Part shown: positions 25,545 through 37,830 of the stretch, in pieces
Position numbering within the stretch: the stretch's first letter is position 1
Layout: each line of letters opens with the position of its first letter
DNA from: Dendrobates tinctorius
Lineage: Eukaryota
Reading direction: 5' to 3'
DNA: 64,000 nt
NCBI RefSeq assembly: GCF_039654945.1
Contig: NW_027361676.1
Span: forward strand, 41,292,001 to 41,356,000
Notes under the pieces: model-generated
Seen by the model: the letters and a program-made list of their open reading frames with translations, nothing else
Databases searched by the model: none
What the model was told of the DNA's origin: nothing
Program-made: the position numbers and the translations under genes

Positions 25545-25953
25545 CAAAAAAACTGCTTCTGCTGCTAGCGATTTGGCCTGCACAACACACCAGTCACTGT
25601 GTGTGCAGTGCAAGGGGAGGCTATATAGTGGTGTATCAGTGGTGTTGGTTGTTGGGCTGCCTTTTAAGGCTTCCTGACAGGCTGGCATTGCTGTTTACCC
25701 ACTGCTCCGCAAACTGCTTTTTTAAAAGCAATCCCAATTTTTTTTTTTTGTCCTGCTGAGAAGAAAAAAAACTGCTTCTGCTGCTAGCAATTTGGCCTGC
25801 ACAACACACCAGTCACTGTGTGTGCAGTGCAAGGGGAGGCTATATAGTGGTGTATCAGTGGTGTTGGTTGTTGGGCTGCCTTCTAAGGCTTCCTGACAGG
25901 CTGGCATTGCTGTTTACCCACTGCTCCGCAAACTGCTTTTTTAAAAGCAATCC
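25545..25953 (+). repeat. Two-copy ~219-bp direct repeat in the hAT 5' region
   Basis: aactgcttctgctgctagc... at 25551 and 25770. Confidence 0.9.
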
Positions 25954-26863
25954 AATCTCCCTTATCCTCTAGTCACTTTTGTCACAGCTGTGCCATCGAG
26001 CCTGTCACATAGCGCTCAGATATTCATTGGGCCTCACACAATCCAAAAGTGTCCAGTGTCCAAAAGTGTGTGCAGAGATTCAAAATCTCCCTTATCCTCT
26101 AGTCACTTTGGTCACAGCTGTGCCATCGAGCCTGTCACATAGCGCTCAGATATCAGTGGGCCTCACACAATCCAAAAGTGTCCACTGTCCACAAGTGTGT
26201 GCAGAAATTCAAAATCTCCCTTATCCTCTAGTCACTTTTGTCACAGCTGTGCCATCGAGCCTGTCACATAGCGCTCAGATATCAGTGGGCCTCACACAAT
26301 CCAAAAGTGTCCACTGTCCACAAGTGTGTGCAGAAATTCAAAATCTCCCTTATCCTCTAGTCACTTTTGTCACAGCAGTGCCATCGAGCCTGTCACATAG
26401 CGCTCAGATATCAGTGGGCCTCACACAATCCAAAAGTGTCCACTGTCCACAAGTGTGTGCAGAAATTCAAAATCTCCCTTATCCTCTAGTCACTTTTGTC
26501 ACAGCAGTGCCATCGAGCCTGTCACATAGCGCTCAGATATCAGTGGGCCTCACACAATCTAAAAGTGTCCAGTGTCCAAAAGTGTGTGCAGATATTCAAA
26601 ATCTCCCTTATCCTCTAGTCACTTTTGTCACAGCAGTGCCATCGAGCCTGTCACATAGCGCTCAGATATCAGTGGGCCTCACACAATCCAAAAGTGTCCA
26701 CTGTCCACAAGTGTGTGCAGAAATTCAAAATCTCCCTTATCCTCTAGTCACTTTTGTCACAGCTGTGCCATCGAGCCTGTCACATAGCGCTCAGATATCA
26801 GTGGGCCTCACACAATCCAAGTGTCCACTGTCCACAAGTGTGTGCAGAAATTCAAAATCTCCC
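25954..26863 (+). repeat. 129-bp tandem repeat, ~7 near-identical copies, upstream of the transposase ATG
   Basis: caaaatctcccttatcctctagtcac recurs at 26081, 26210, 26339... (period 129); gives the 43-aa repeat ORF 25979-26995. Confidence 0.95.
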
Positions 26864-26939
26864 CTGTCCTATAGACACCTTGTACCTTGTTTTACATTAC
26901 TATATAGTTTGTTGGATTTTGTCTACATTTCTACCAAAA

Positions 26940-29900
26940 ATGAGGAAGGCTGGTGGAAGAGGCCGTGGAATTGGGCGGGGGTTGGCAGCTGGTAATGATG
27001 GTGTTGGTGGTGGATCTGATGGTAGTGGCAAGAGCAAAATAGGACCGAATGCAGGAGGTGCTGACCCTGCATCATCGTCTGGCTACATAAGGCCTCGAAC
27101 GCTTAGTTTTCTAGGAGTTGGCAAACCGCTTTTAAAGCCAGAGCATCAGGAAAAAGTTTTGTCTTACATTGCTGACTCAGCCTCCAGCTCTATCGCCTCC
27201 TCATCTTCAGTTGTAAAAAGTAAAAGCACTGAGTCGTCATTGGAGGCTCATGTTCATGAACCACACCTTTCCTTGTGTCCTTCACCCCAACCAAGATTGA
27301 AGGATGACACAGGCCATACTACTGATTACTCCATGGAGCTGTTTTCACATACCATGCCTGGATTATCAAGTGAAATGGTGAATTACCCAGGCCAAGATGA
27401 ATCTGACATGGAGTGCACTGATGCACAGCCGCTGATGGATGATTCTGCTGGTACATTCACTCAGAGCACTACATTGTCCTCGCAGTGTACAGAGCCAGAT
27501 TCTGACCCTGATGAGACTCAGGTGCCCCTTCCCGCACACTATACCACCATACACGGTGACACAGAGGAAGGTGCACATGAACTAGAAGAGGAGGTGATGG
27601 ATGACCCAGTTGTTGACCCAGATTGGCATCCATTGGGGGAAGAGGGTGCTGCTTCCAATAGCTCAGATGAGGAGCATCCACAGCAGACATCGACATCGCA
27701 ACAGCTGTTATCTGGCAGGCCCGGAGCACTCCAAAGACAGGTTCCAAACATCAAAAGAGTTGCAGGACAGCTTGTCCAGAGGGTCAAAAGATCACAGCGT
27801 GCTAGGCCGCAAAATGTCTGCCAAAGTAGGAAGAGTGCAGTGTGGCACTTTTTTGAACAAAATCCTCATGATCAGGCCAAGGTTATCTGTAAGAAGTGCG
27901 CAAAGACCTTTAGCCGAGGGAAAAATCTGAAAAATTTGAATACCAGTTGCATGCTTAGACATTTAACCAGCATGCACTTGCAAGCGTGGACACAACACCA
28001 AACCTCAAGTGCCACATGTGCAACTGATCACAACGAAGGTAGTCAGCAACGCTACATTGTTTCCCCCACTGTAAGCCCACCGGTTAGCACAGCAGCAAAT
28101 GTTGAGGTGTCGTTGCAAGACCACAGCAGTCAGGGAATCCCACTGTTATATCAACGAAATACTGATTCTAGGCCATCAGAAAGAACACCAACTCCATCAC
28201 CATCATCAACCCTCTCTCAGTCCGCCCTGTCCACCGCTACTTCCACCATATGCAGCTCTCAAGTCCAGCTCACCCTCCCAGACACTATGAGTAGGTCAAG
28301 AAAGTACTCAGTCTCTCATCCGCGTACACTGGGTTTGAACGCCCACATTGCCAAACTAATCTCGTTTGAGATGATGCCCTTTCGGTTGGTGGAAAGCACA
28401 GCTTTCCACAAACTCATGGCCTATGCAGTACCACGCTATGACCTACCCAGTCGCCACTTCTTCTCTCGCAAAGCCATCCCAGCCCTCCACCATCATGTGA
28501 AAGACCGCATTGTCCATGCACTCAAGCAGTCAGTGAGCGGAAAGGTGCACCTCACAACGGATGCATGGTCCAGTCGGCATGGCCAGGGCCGTTACGTGTC
28601 CATCACTGCGCACTGGGTTAATGTGGTGGATGCAGGGTCTACAGGGGACAGCGGTGGTGGAACAGTGCTGCCTAGCCCACGGTATAGGAAACAGTTGGCT
28701 GTAGGCGTTCGACCATCCTCCTCCTCCACCTCCTCCAGAAGCGAAAGCTCGTCCACAGAGCGCAGTCGTACGAGCACTCCATCTGCAGCTGCCACTGTTG
28801 CACACGATGTGTCCCCCTATCGAGCAGCTAGTGGAAAGCGTCAGCAGGCTGTGTTGCAGATGATGTGTTTGGGCGACAGACACACCGCCGAGGTGCTGGC
28901 CGAGTACTTGAAGCGACAAACTGAGTCATGGCTGGGCAGTGTACATCTTGAGGCAGGCAAGGTAGTTAGTGATAACGGCCGTAATTTTGTGGCAGCCATA
29001 GCCCTTTCAAAACTCAGCCACATACCTTGCTTGGCTCACACCTTGAACCTGGTGGTGCAGTGCTTCCTCAAAAATTATCCGGAGTTAACAGCCCTGCTCC
29101 AGAAGGTGCGAAGACTGTGCGCGCACATCCGCCGGTCGCCTGTACACTCCGTTCGTATGCAGAAGCTGCAGCGATTGCTCCACCTTCCCAACCACCGCCT
29201 CATTATCGACATTGCAACAAGGTGGAACTCCACCCTGCACATGGTGGAGCGGCTGTGCGAGCAGAGGCAGGCCATAATGCATTTGTGGGAGGATACACGG
29301 CCAGGCACTTTGAGAGCAGACATGGAGTTGACAGGTGTGCAGTGGTCGAAGCTGAAAGACCTTTGTAAAGTCCTTCAGTGTTTTGAGGAATGCACACGGC
29401 TGGTAAGCGCAGACGACGCCATCCTAAGCATGAGCATCCCACTTATGCGTCTGCTCATGCAAACTTTGACGCACCTTAAGGAGCAGGCGTCTGCAGCCAA
29501 TGTTGATGAGGAGGAAGAGGAGGAGGGAATCCTTGATGACATTCAGCCATTGTCTGCTCAGGGACCTCTCCTGGACGAGGTGGAGGAAGAAGAGGAGGAG
29601 GAGGAGGATGATGGGGATGATTACTTAGGGGAGGAGGATGCATCTCGTGGGACAAGTGAAAATGTTGGCGTGGCAAGGTCTGGTACAGGGTTTGTGCGTG
29701 ACTGGAGGGATGTGGATTTGCCAGAAAGTGCTCCTCCACCCAGCACTCACAGTGCATCATTGACACCGGGAACATTGGCCCACATGTCAGATTATGCCTT
29801 GCGGATCCTAAAAAGGACCCCCGCATTGCCAAAATGATGAACGATGACGACTACTGGTTGGCCAGCATCCTGGATCCACGCTATAAAGGCAAATTACAAA

Positions 29901-30481
29901 ACATCATGCCACAGGAGAACCTTGACCTAATATTGGCTAATAAACAAGCAACTCTGGTAAATCGGTTGCTTGAGGCATTCCCAGCACACAGCAGCGGTGA
30001 TGGTTCTCACACGAGCCGTACGGGCCGGGGGCAGCTTGGCAGAGGTGTTCGTGGTGCACACAGCAGAAGTGGCATTGGAGACAGGGGTTTCATGACAATG
30101 TTGTGGACTGATTTTTCAAATACCGCTCACACAACTGGTAATACTGCATCGATGGAAAGTGACAGGAGACAGCAGTTGTCAACTATGGTAACAAACTACT
30201 TTTCCTCCCATATCGATGTTCTCCCACACAGGTCATTCCCCTTTGACTATTGGGCCGCTAAACTGGACACCTGGCCTGAATTGGCCCAATATGCCTTACA
30301 GGAGCTCGCTTGCCCAGCTGCAAGTGTGCTATCGGAAAGAGTCTTCAGTGCAGCTGGATCAATCCTGACAGAAAAAAGGACCCGTCTGTCAACCCAAAAT
30401 GTGGATGATCTAACCTTCATTAAAATGAACCACGCATGGGTTTCCAAGGATTTTGTCCCACCTTCCCCTGATGACACATAG
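26940..30481 (+). CDS. hAT transposase (BED zinc finger, DDE, hATC dimerisation domain), ~1,180 aa if one 1-bp frameshift at ~29810-29816 is corrected
   Basis: ATG 26940 (MRKAGGRG). BED finger SAVWHFF...ICKKC...MLRHLTSMH; TTDAWSS (D1); VVSDNGRN (D2); CLAHTLNL (CxxH); TRWNS; second frame LDPRYK...CPAASVLSERVFSAAG (E)...RTRLS. Adding one base gives ...ILK(R/K)DPRIAKMMNDDDYWLA and joins ORFs 26754-29837 and 29834-30481. Confidence 0.93.
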
Positions 30482-30900
30482 GGTGACAGAAAAATGGCTT
30501 GCTTTGGTCCACCTCTTCCTGGTACTTCACCTATTTCGCCTTTTGCATCAGCTGAATGTCCAACATCAACATATGCCACTTTCTAAAACTCCCTAACTGT
30601 GCTGCCTCCCCCCCATGGCCGGGGTCACCACCTACCGCACGACACCCTGCGAGTGCCGTTGCCCTGGACAGGTGGGTAGGCCGACTCTTGGGCGCGGGCA
30701 CTGGCACAGGGTCCCTCATAGTGCAATCAAGTGTCTCTGACGGTGGTGGTGCACACCCGCCGTCAGACACACCGCTGTACTATGAGGGGCCCAGTGCCAG
30801 TACCGACGCCCACGAGTGGGCCCCCCTTGCTTGGGCAGGGCCCCAGCATTTGCAATCTTTACCTCTCCCTGCTCCTCCGCTGTGTAATCTGGGCCGTCAA

Positions 30901-31290
30901 ATCCATACTGTGCCTGACACCGTCTGAGCCTGCCTCCTGAGACATATATTTTGAATGTGTACGCTATCCATACATGTTATCCAGGGATACGGTACCCTTT
31001 CTAACCTTTGTGCAATCACGTGCAATCCATACTGGGCCTAACACCGTCTGAGCCTGCCTCATGCTGTATAGACATATATTTTGAATGTGTACGCTATCCA
31101 TACATGTTATCCGGGGATACGGTACCCTTTCTAACCTTTGTGCAATCACGTGCAATCCATACTGGGCCTAACACCGTCTGAGCCTGCCTCCTGAGACATA
31201 TATTTTGAATGTGTACGCTATCCATACATGTTATCTGGGGATACGGTACCCTTTCTCACCTTTGTGCAATCACGTGTAATCCATACTGGG
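30901..31290 (+). repeat. ~124-130-bp tandem repeat, 3 copies, hAT 3' region
   Basis: atccatactg recurs at 30901, 31025, 31155 and 31279. Confidence 0.9.
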
Positions 31291-32589
31291 CGTGAGAACG
31301 GCTGGCGAGCTGTTAAGCAAGCTACAGCACCTGTCCAGACAAGTACAGGGATTCCCTAGCGAGGAGACTTATTTGATTGTTTTCAATGTTGGGACAGCAA
31401 TTTTTGGGGAGCACTATACTCTGGAGAATGATAGATGGGGCCCACCATACACTGGAACATTCCAAAGGTGGACATCAGACACTGGAGCAGCATTTACAGG
31501 GCCCATTATACACTAGAGCATTAGAAATGGGGCCCATTATGTTTGGAGCATTATTTGGGCCCATAAGACAGTGGAGCTTCATCCATGGGGACCAACATAT
31601 ACTGTAGCATTATGTGGAGCTCATCATATACTGTTTCAAACATTATATGGGACCAATGATTCTGTATGGAGAAATAGATGGGCCTCGTCATGAGATGTAA
31701 AAAGTGAGGTATTTTTCATTGTACTATACCGCTATTTCTCTGCCGTATCGGAGCATGATGAGTTGTGGTATGTGTTAAAGGGGCGCTCTTTCGCCCAGGG
31801 CACATGAAAACCTGGAGCCAGCCCTCCTCCCCCACAGTTTGTAGCCAAATAACCCCCATTTTTCAGTGCGTAACTTGTATTATGAAGTTAATTAAGGTTG
31901 ACAAGCTTAAGAAAGAAGAATTGATGCTTTTGGCATTCAAATGGGCACTGTAGGTGTGTTTCCTGTCCTCCTCTCACTGCCGACTTTTATTCCCCATTGA
32001 CTTACATTGGGTTTCGTGTTTCGGGACGACCCCGACTTTTCCCTATAATCGGACGGTCTTGCTCGATCCGACTTTTGGAAAAGTCGGGTTTCACGAAACG
32101 AAACGCGACCCTAAAAAACCAAAAGTCGCTCAACTCTAGTTATGATACCTTAAACTGATACTTGGAGGCAGGTTTCAGATAGTCTGGTCTCCAGCTCTGT
32201 GTACATTATGGCAGCATAAGCTACACCTAAATTGCATTTGCTTTGATACCCTGATATTGTTTTTCATATTGCTGCCTTGGCGCGCATGTTTCTGGGGACC
32301 AATTGTCTTAATAATTTCTACCATGATGTTTTCATTATGACTGTATATATGCTATTATGTATGCCCTGGACCCATGCTTTTTACTAGGGTGATGTGTCCT
32401 CTTTGTGCTACTTTTTTGTGAACAGTGATTTTCTATATGCATTTATAATTGTTAAATAAAGTTTGATACTTTTTATATTTTGTATATTACTCCATTTCTT
32501 GTTTTTTGCTTTTTTTTTTCATATTGTGTAGGCGTATACAACTACCTTCCATGCTCAATTACATGGGGAAATACAAATACTGTATTTAA

Positions 32590-33236
32590 CCCCTTTGAGA
32601 CGAAGCCTGTTTTCACCTTAATGACCTGGCTAATTTTTACAATTCTGACCACTGTCACTTTATAAGGTAATAACTCTGGAATACTTCATTGGATCCCGGT
32701 GATTGAGGCTGTTTTCTCATGACATATTGTAGTTTATGATAGCGGTAACATTTCTTCGGTATGATTTGCGTTTATTTGTGAAAAAAATGGAAATTTCGCA
32801 ATTTTCAAGCTTTTAATTTTTATGCCCTTAAATCAGAGCGTCATATCAAACAAAATAGTTAATAAACAACATTTCCCACATGTCTACTTTACATCAGCGC
32901 AATTTTGGAACCAAAATTTTTTTTGTTAAGAAGTTATAAGGGTTAAAAGTTGACCAGCGATTTTTCATTTTTCAACAAATTTTACAAAACCATTTTTTTT
33001 AGGGACCTCCTCGAATTTGAAGTCACTTTGAGAAGTCTATATGAAAGAAAATACCCAAAAGTGACACCCTTCTAAAAACTGCACCCCTCAAAGTACTCCA
33101 AACCACATTTAAGAAGTTTATTAACCCTTCAGGTGATTCACAGGAATTTTTGGAATGTGGGAGGAAAGCATAAACATTTACTTTTCTTTCTCAAACATTT
33201 TCCTTTAGACCAATTTTTTTTTAACTTTTGCAAGGG
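32590..33236 (+). mobile_element. piggyBac-like non-autonomous element, left part (host of the Harbinger composite)
   Basis: TTAA|CCCCTTT start; colinear with 9694-10240 and 50119-50767; breaks at caagggTAA. Confidence 0.85.
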
Positions 33237-33616
33237 TAAGGCCGGAGTCACACTGGCGAGGAATACGGGTGCGTGAGAGGCGCAAAAAGCACGCATTAGA
33301 CACGGACCAATGATTCTCTATGGGGTCACTCGCACCAGGCGTATATTTCTCCTCCGTATCCTCCGCTCCGTGCCACTCGCAGCATGCTGCAATTGTCAGC
33401 GTACTACGCCCGTAGCACGCCAATGCAAGTCTATGGGTGCGCAAAAAATACCGATTACACACTGAACACACGTGTGACCTGCGAGCAATACGCAGGTCTT
33501 TTGGCTGGTGACCAGGAAATGGGCCAATCCATCATCAGGAAGCGTAGACATGCAAATGAGCTCAAAAAGCGCTCCAGACATCCAGGAAGTCAGCCTCCAC
33601 GGAGTACAGCAGCAGC

Positions 33617-35387
33617 ATGGCGTCCACTTACATAAATGTGGAGATGCTAATTGTGCTGGTGCAGGAGCGTTCAGAAATATGGGACCCACGCGACGCAAAC
33701 TATGCGAACCGCACAAGAAAGGAGGCGTCATGGAGGCGCATCTGTCGCCAGATGTACCATGACTTCGGTGACAGACCACGTGATGAGCAGCAGAAAATTC
33801 GTAAGTGCACCCATAAAAATGTAATTAACGTTAGCGCGCGCTATAAGATGACTCTACAATCAGCCCCACCCCCACCTTCCTGGGCATGTAATTTTAGCCT
33901 CATGAGGCCGTTACATTAGGATGTGACACGTGGCTTCACACAGCCATAATTAGGGGTTTAGGCCACAAGCTCCTCATCCTCCTAGCCACAAAAATTAGTT
34001 TCAGGGGAGCTAATGAGACCCTGGGTATCGGCCCAATTACATATGCCACCATGGGTAGAACGCACACCCCATAAGGCCCCATGCCTAGACTACTGTTTGA
34101 AAATGTGACCTCTCAAATATGTGATTTTGACAATCTTTCCTGTCACATTGCAGTGGAAGATGTGATGAAACGGTGGAGAAGCATCCGGGACCAGTACCGC
34201 CGGGAACGCCAGCAGCGGTCCAGGAGTGGGGATGCTGGCCATGTCAAGCGGAAATATATATATTATGACCGGCTGAACTTCCTCGCCCCAATTCTGGCTC
34301 TGAGACCGTAAGTACATACCTCACACCACATGACACAAAAACATTACACAAATACTTTACAGGGACAAAAATATTGATGTATTTTTGCCTCTGTTCTATT
34401 TCATAACAGAACTCAATCCAACCTTACGGATCGAGGAACGGCCTCAGAGGCAGAGCCCGTTATTGATCCTGTAGGGGATGAGGTGGCTGGCCCATCTTCT
34501 CCCCCTACAAGAAGGATGTCTGAAGAGGAGGCATCACAAGAGCACACAATGGCTGCCCGACACAACACACCACCAGGACGGTCTGCAGCTGCAACCTCAC
34601 CCATCCTGGAAGAGATGGGCAACTTGAGCAGCAGCCCAACTGCCCAGATCAGGCCCTCCCCACAGGCTGCTCTAGCAACACGGCGAATAAGAAGAAGGCG
34701 CCAGGTCGCCATTCAAGAGAGCAGGACCAATGTGGACACTGGGGTGCTGAATTACTTGTCCAGAGTCACTACAGATGATGGTGAGGAGGCCTATGCACGT
34801 AGCCTCACCCTTTATCTCCGTGCCCTTACCCGTGAGGTCAGGCTCCGTATTAGGGGGTGTATTCAGATCCTGCTTGATGCAAGCACCCCCCCAATACCCC
34901 ATATGAGGTGTTTGAATTTCTGGAGAGGTGGCAGCTGTCACCAAGAAATTTAATGCGCATGAGACCATCCACACAGATGCTTGCTCAAGCAGGGTCTGAA
35001 CAGCCCCTAATACGTGGGCCAACACCTCAACCCCTTCCTCCCCCTACCCATCCTTCTATTCCGCAGCCCCAAATGTCTTCATCAAGCCAACCCCACCAAT
35101 ATGGCCACTTGTACCCACCCAGTGTTGGAGGCTGGTCCCAACCTGGTTGGGGACGATCTGGCTATCTTGGTGGGTATGAGCCACGGGCCTACCATAGCCA
35201 ACAAGAAGCCCCTCACCATCATCATTATTACTCTGGCCAGTATCACCAACAGGCCCAGGAGGCTGGACAACAACAGCATCATGGGCAACAGTATGGCCCC
35301 ACACAGGGCGATGTTGGCCACAATGTCCAGCAGCACCCACAGGCTGTTCCTCCCCGTTCCCCTTCCCCTACATATGAGGATTTATGA
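33617..35387 (+). CDS. Harbinger DNA-binding protein (MADF/Myb-SANT plus BESS-like motif); exons 33617-33800, 34154-34307, 34410-35387; one frameshift in the C7 run 34886-34892
   Basis: MADF-type tryptophans LIVLVQERSEIWD...EASWRRI...VMKRWRSIRDQYRRE...YIYYDRLNFL. GTAAGT donors at 33801 and 34308 and CAG acceptors ending 34153 and 34409 keep frame. BESS-like DDGEEAYARSLTLYLRAL...RLRIRGCIQILL. ~438 aa if one C is added. Confidence 0.88.
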
Positions 35388-36313
35388 ATCAAAACTTTGG
35401 AGATGTCCAGTGACATGTAACTGGTGCTTCTAATCTAGACAAAAAAACAGGTGTTCTCCTTCACCAACATTTAGAACATAATTTAACACTCACATTTGTA
35501 AACAATGTTTTCCAAACATATGAAACAATCCATCATGACAGGCAACGCTACCTCACGCCTTTCACACAGATATTACATGTGTGTATAAAAGAGAATATTT
35601 AAATGCGCTATACTGTTACCTGAAAGGATGAAAATACACTAATCACTTGTTAATGCATAGGAAAGGTGTGCTTGCCTTTAGTTAAGTAGTCAACTTTGTT
35701 ATTAGCATTCTTTAGTAAACCAATTTGAGGCGACCAGCATTCACAATATCACGCTCTCTCTATGTCTTAACAAGTGAGTTTTGTATTTTCATCCTTTCCA
35801 GTATAGCATGCTTAAATATTGTCTGTTCTACAGACAGGTAATATCTGTGTGAAAGATGTGAGGTAGCCTTGCCTGTCATGGTGGAATCTTTCTATGTTTG
35901 GAAAACATTATGAGGAAATGTGAGTGTTATCTTATTGACTTTATTTTGGTGATGGAGCTAACCCTTTGTTGCCTAATCCAGGTTAATGTAGGCATGCAGC
36001 AATGTTGTTATTGCATAATGTTTGTTGCAGTTTTTTTCTGTTATGTTAATGTTACATCAAGTTAACGAAGGCCCAAAGGGTCATTTTGGCCATTGCCAAA
36101 TTTGTGTTATGGCAAAATTATGTTTGCCTTTAAGCAAAACCCAAAAAAAAAAGGCAAAACTAAAAATTTGTCTACTCTAGTTAACGTCTCTGTGTGATTT
36201 CTCACTATCCCTCACAACATACTAACAGACACCAACCAATGCAAAGAAACACTCATAGAATCATAAAAAGGCTTGAGTAATATATATTTAGACACACTTT
36301 GACCAAAAAAAAA

Positions 36314-37830
36314 TTAGAACATAGACACAGCATTCTCTTGCCAAGAAGTAGCCCCCTCAGGTGAGATAAAGTAATTAGTGAATATATCACGCACTTTGAG
36401 GCCAGAGAGCGGTCTACGTTGAGGGATGATAGGTGGTCTCACCCTGCGCACATTGTCCGGCCTACGCACAACACCATCAGAGGAGGAGCAATCATGTATC
36501 CTGGTGAAGTTATGCAGAACAACACAGGCTTTCACAACTTCATTCACATTTTGCTCACTCAACTGAATGGCAGACTGGAGTACCCGCCATTTGGCACAAA
36601 GAATCCCAAAGGAACACTCCACCAGTCGCCTAGCACGTGATAGGCGCAAGTTAAAAATTCTGCGCCTGTGGTCAAGGTTGCGCCGGGGATATGGCCTCAT
36701 GACATTACGTGATAACTGAAAGGCCTCATCTGCCACAAGGACATAAGGGACTGATTGTTCGGGGGAGCCTGGTAGCTGGCGTGGTGGTGGTAGATCCAAC
36801 TGGTTGGTGCGTAGCCGCCGACCCATTATGGAAGTATTGAAGACTCTAGAGTCTCCCGTCCTTCCATAGGCCCCAATGTCAACAATTATAAACTTGTATT
36901 GAGGGTCTACCAGAGCCAACAATACAACAGAAAAGTATTGCTTATAATTGAAGAATTGTGACCCTGAGTTCGGCGGCTTACGCACCCTGATATGTTTGCC
37001 ATCCAGGGCCCCAATACAATTTGGAAACTGGCAGTCCTCCTCAAAGTCCCTTGAAATCCTTAACCAGTCTTCCATCCTGGGCTCTGGTAGGACCACCTGA
37101 TGGAGTCTTGTCCAGATTTGTGCACATGTAGACCTCACTATGCCTGAAATGGTGGACTTTCCAATGAGAAACTCATGGTGGAGGGCGGCATAAGACAGGC
37201 CAGTGGACAGGAAGCTGTAGAACAACAGAAATAGTCCAGGTTAGAATGGCTAAAGTAAAAAAAAATCAGTTACATGCCGACCAAACTTGGTAGGAAATGA
37301 GAGAGAACAACACACACATATTTGGTGGCACAATGACTAAGTGATATGCAGTACATATTAGATGTAACATTGTGCTGTGTCAGGTGAAACATATTTTGAG
37401 TAAGATGAGGGTATTAAACATTGTCCAAGAAGGCCAAAAAACATAAATTAACACACACATTATGAACATAGAGAATGTGGTTGTGGAGTACATACCGTAT
37501 TGTGAGTAGAAGTCGCTCCTCTGCAGATATGGCTTGGCGCATCCTAGTGTCCTGAAATGTGATCCCAGGGCGCACTGTCTCCAAGAGGCGATCAAATGTG
37601 GAAATGCTCATTCGACAGTACTGGTAAAATTTGTCCGGATGCTCCCGCAGAGACGAATAGAGGCGGTGAAAATGCCCTCTTGTGAGTCGTTGCCTCAAAA
37701 GTGGATGTACCCACATGCGTCTCCTCCTCCGTGGATCCACTATCACAGGATATGGTTGGCCAAAGCGCCGTGACAAAAGCCAGGTAAAGAGAACCTGCTC
37801 GGTTGTATTGAATGTCAGACCCTCTGACAT
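36314..37830 (-). CDS. Harbinger DDE nuclease/transposase (HARBI1-like); exons 37830-37496 and 37214-36314; 411 aa, apparently intact
   Basis: MSEGLTF...WVHP...YCRMSISTFDRLL...ISAEERLLLTIR|FLSTG...CIGALDGKHI...LVADEAF...RRLVECSFGIL...ACVVLHNF; GT-AG intron 37495-37215 preserves frame; 1,236 nt. Confidence 0.93.

Larger units (their letters stand above)
25166..32138 (+). mobile_element. Autonomous-type hAT (Ac-like) DNA transposon, 6,973 bp
   Basis: TIR TAGAGTTGAGCGA...TCGCTCAACTCTA; perfect 8-bp TSD GTTATGAT (25158-25165, 32139-32146); CCGACTTTT/GTCGGGTTTCA subterminal repeats at both ends; internal transposase. Confidence 0.97.

Noticed and set aside
25954-26863. Regular repeat array superficially like CRISPR
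   Set aside because: Head-to-tail 129-bp units without unique spacers, no cas genes, eukaryotic context.
29808-29837. Programmed -1 ribosomal frameshift joining the two hAT ORFs
   Set aside because: A_AAA_AGG is not a canonical X_XXY_YYZ slippery site; a 1-bp deletion or sequencing error is simpler.
26940-30481. Domesticated ZBED host gene
   Set aside because: Bounded by intact TIRs and a perfect TSD, so it is a transposon copy; no gene symbol assigned.
36314-37830. Host HARBI1 gene
   Set aside because: Lies within TIRs next to a MADF partner gene, so it is a transposon-encoded homologue.
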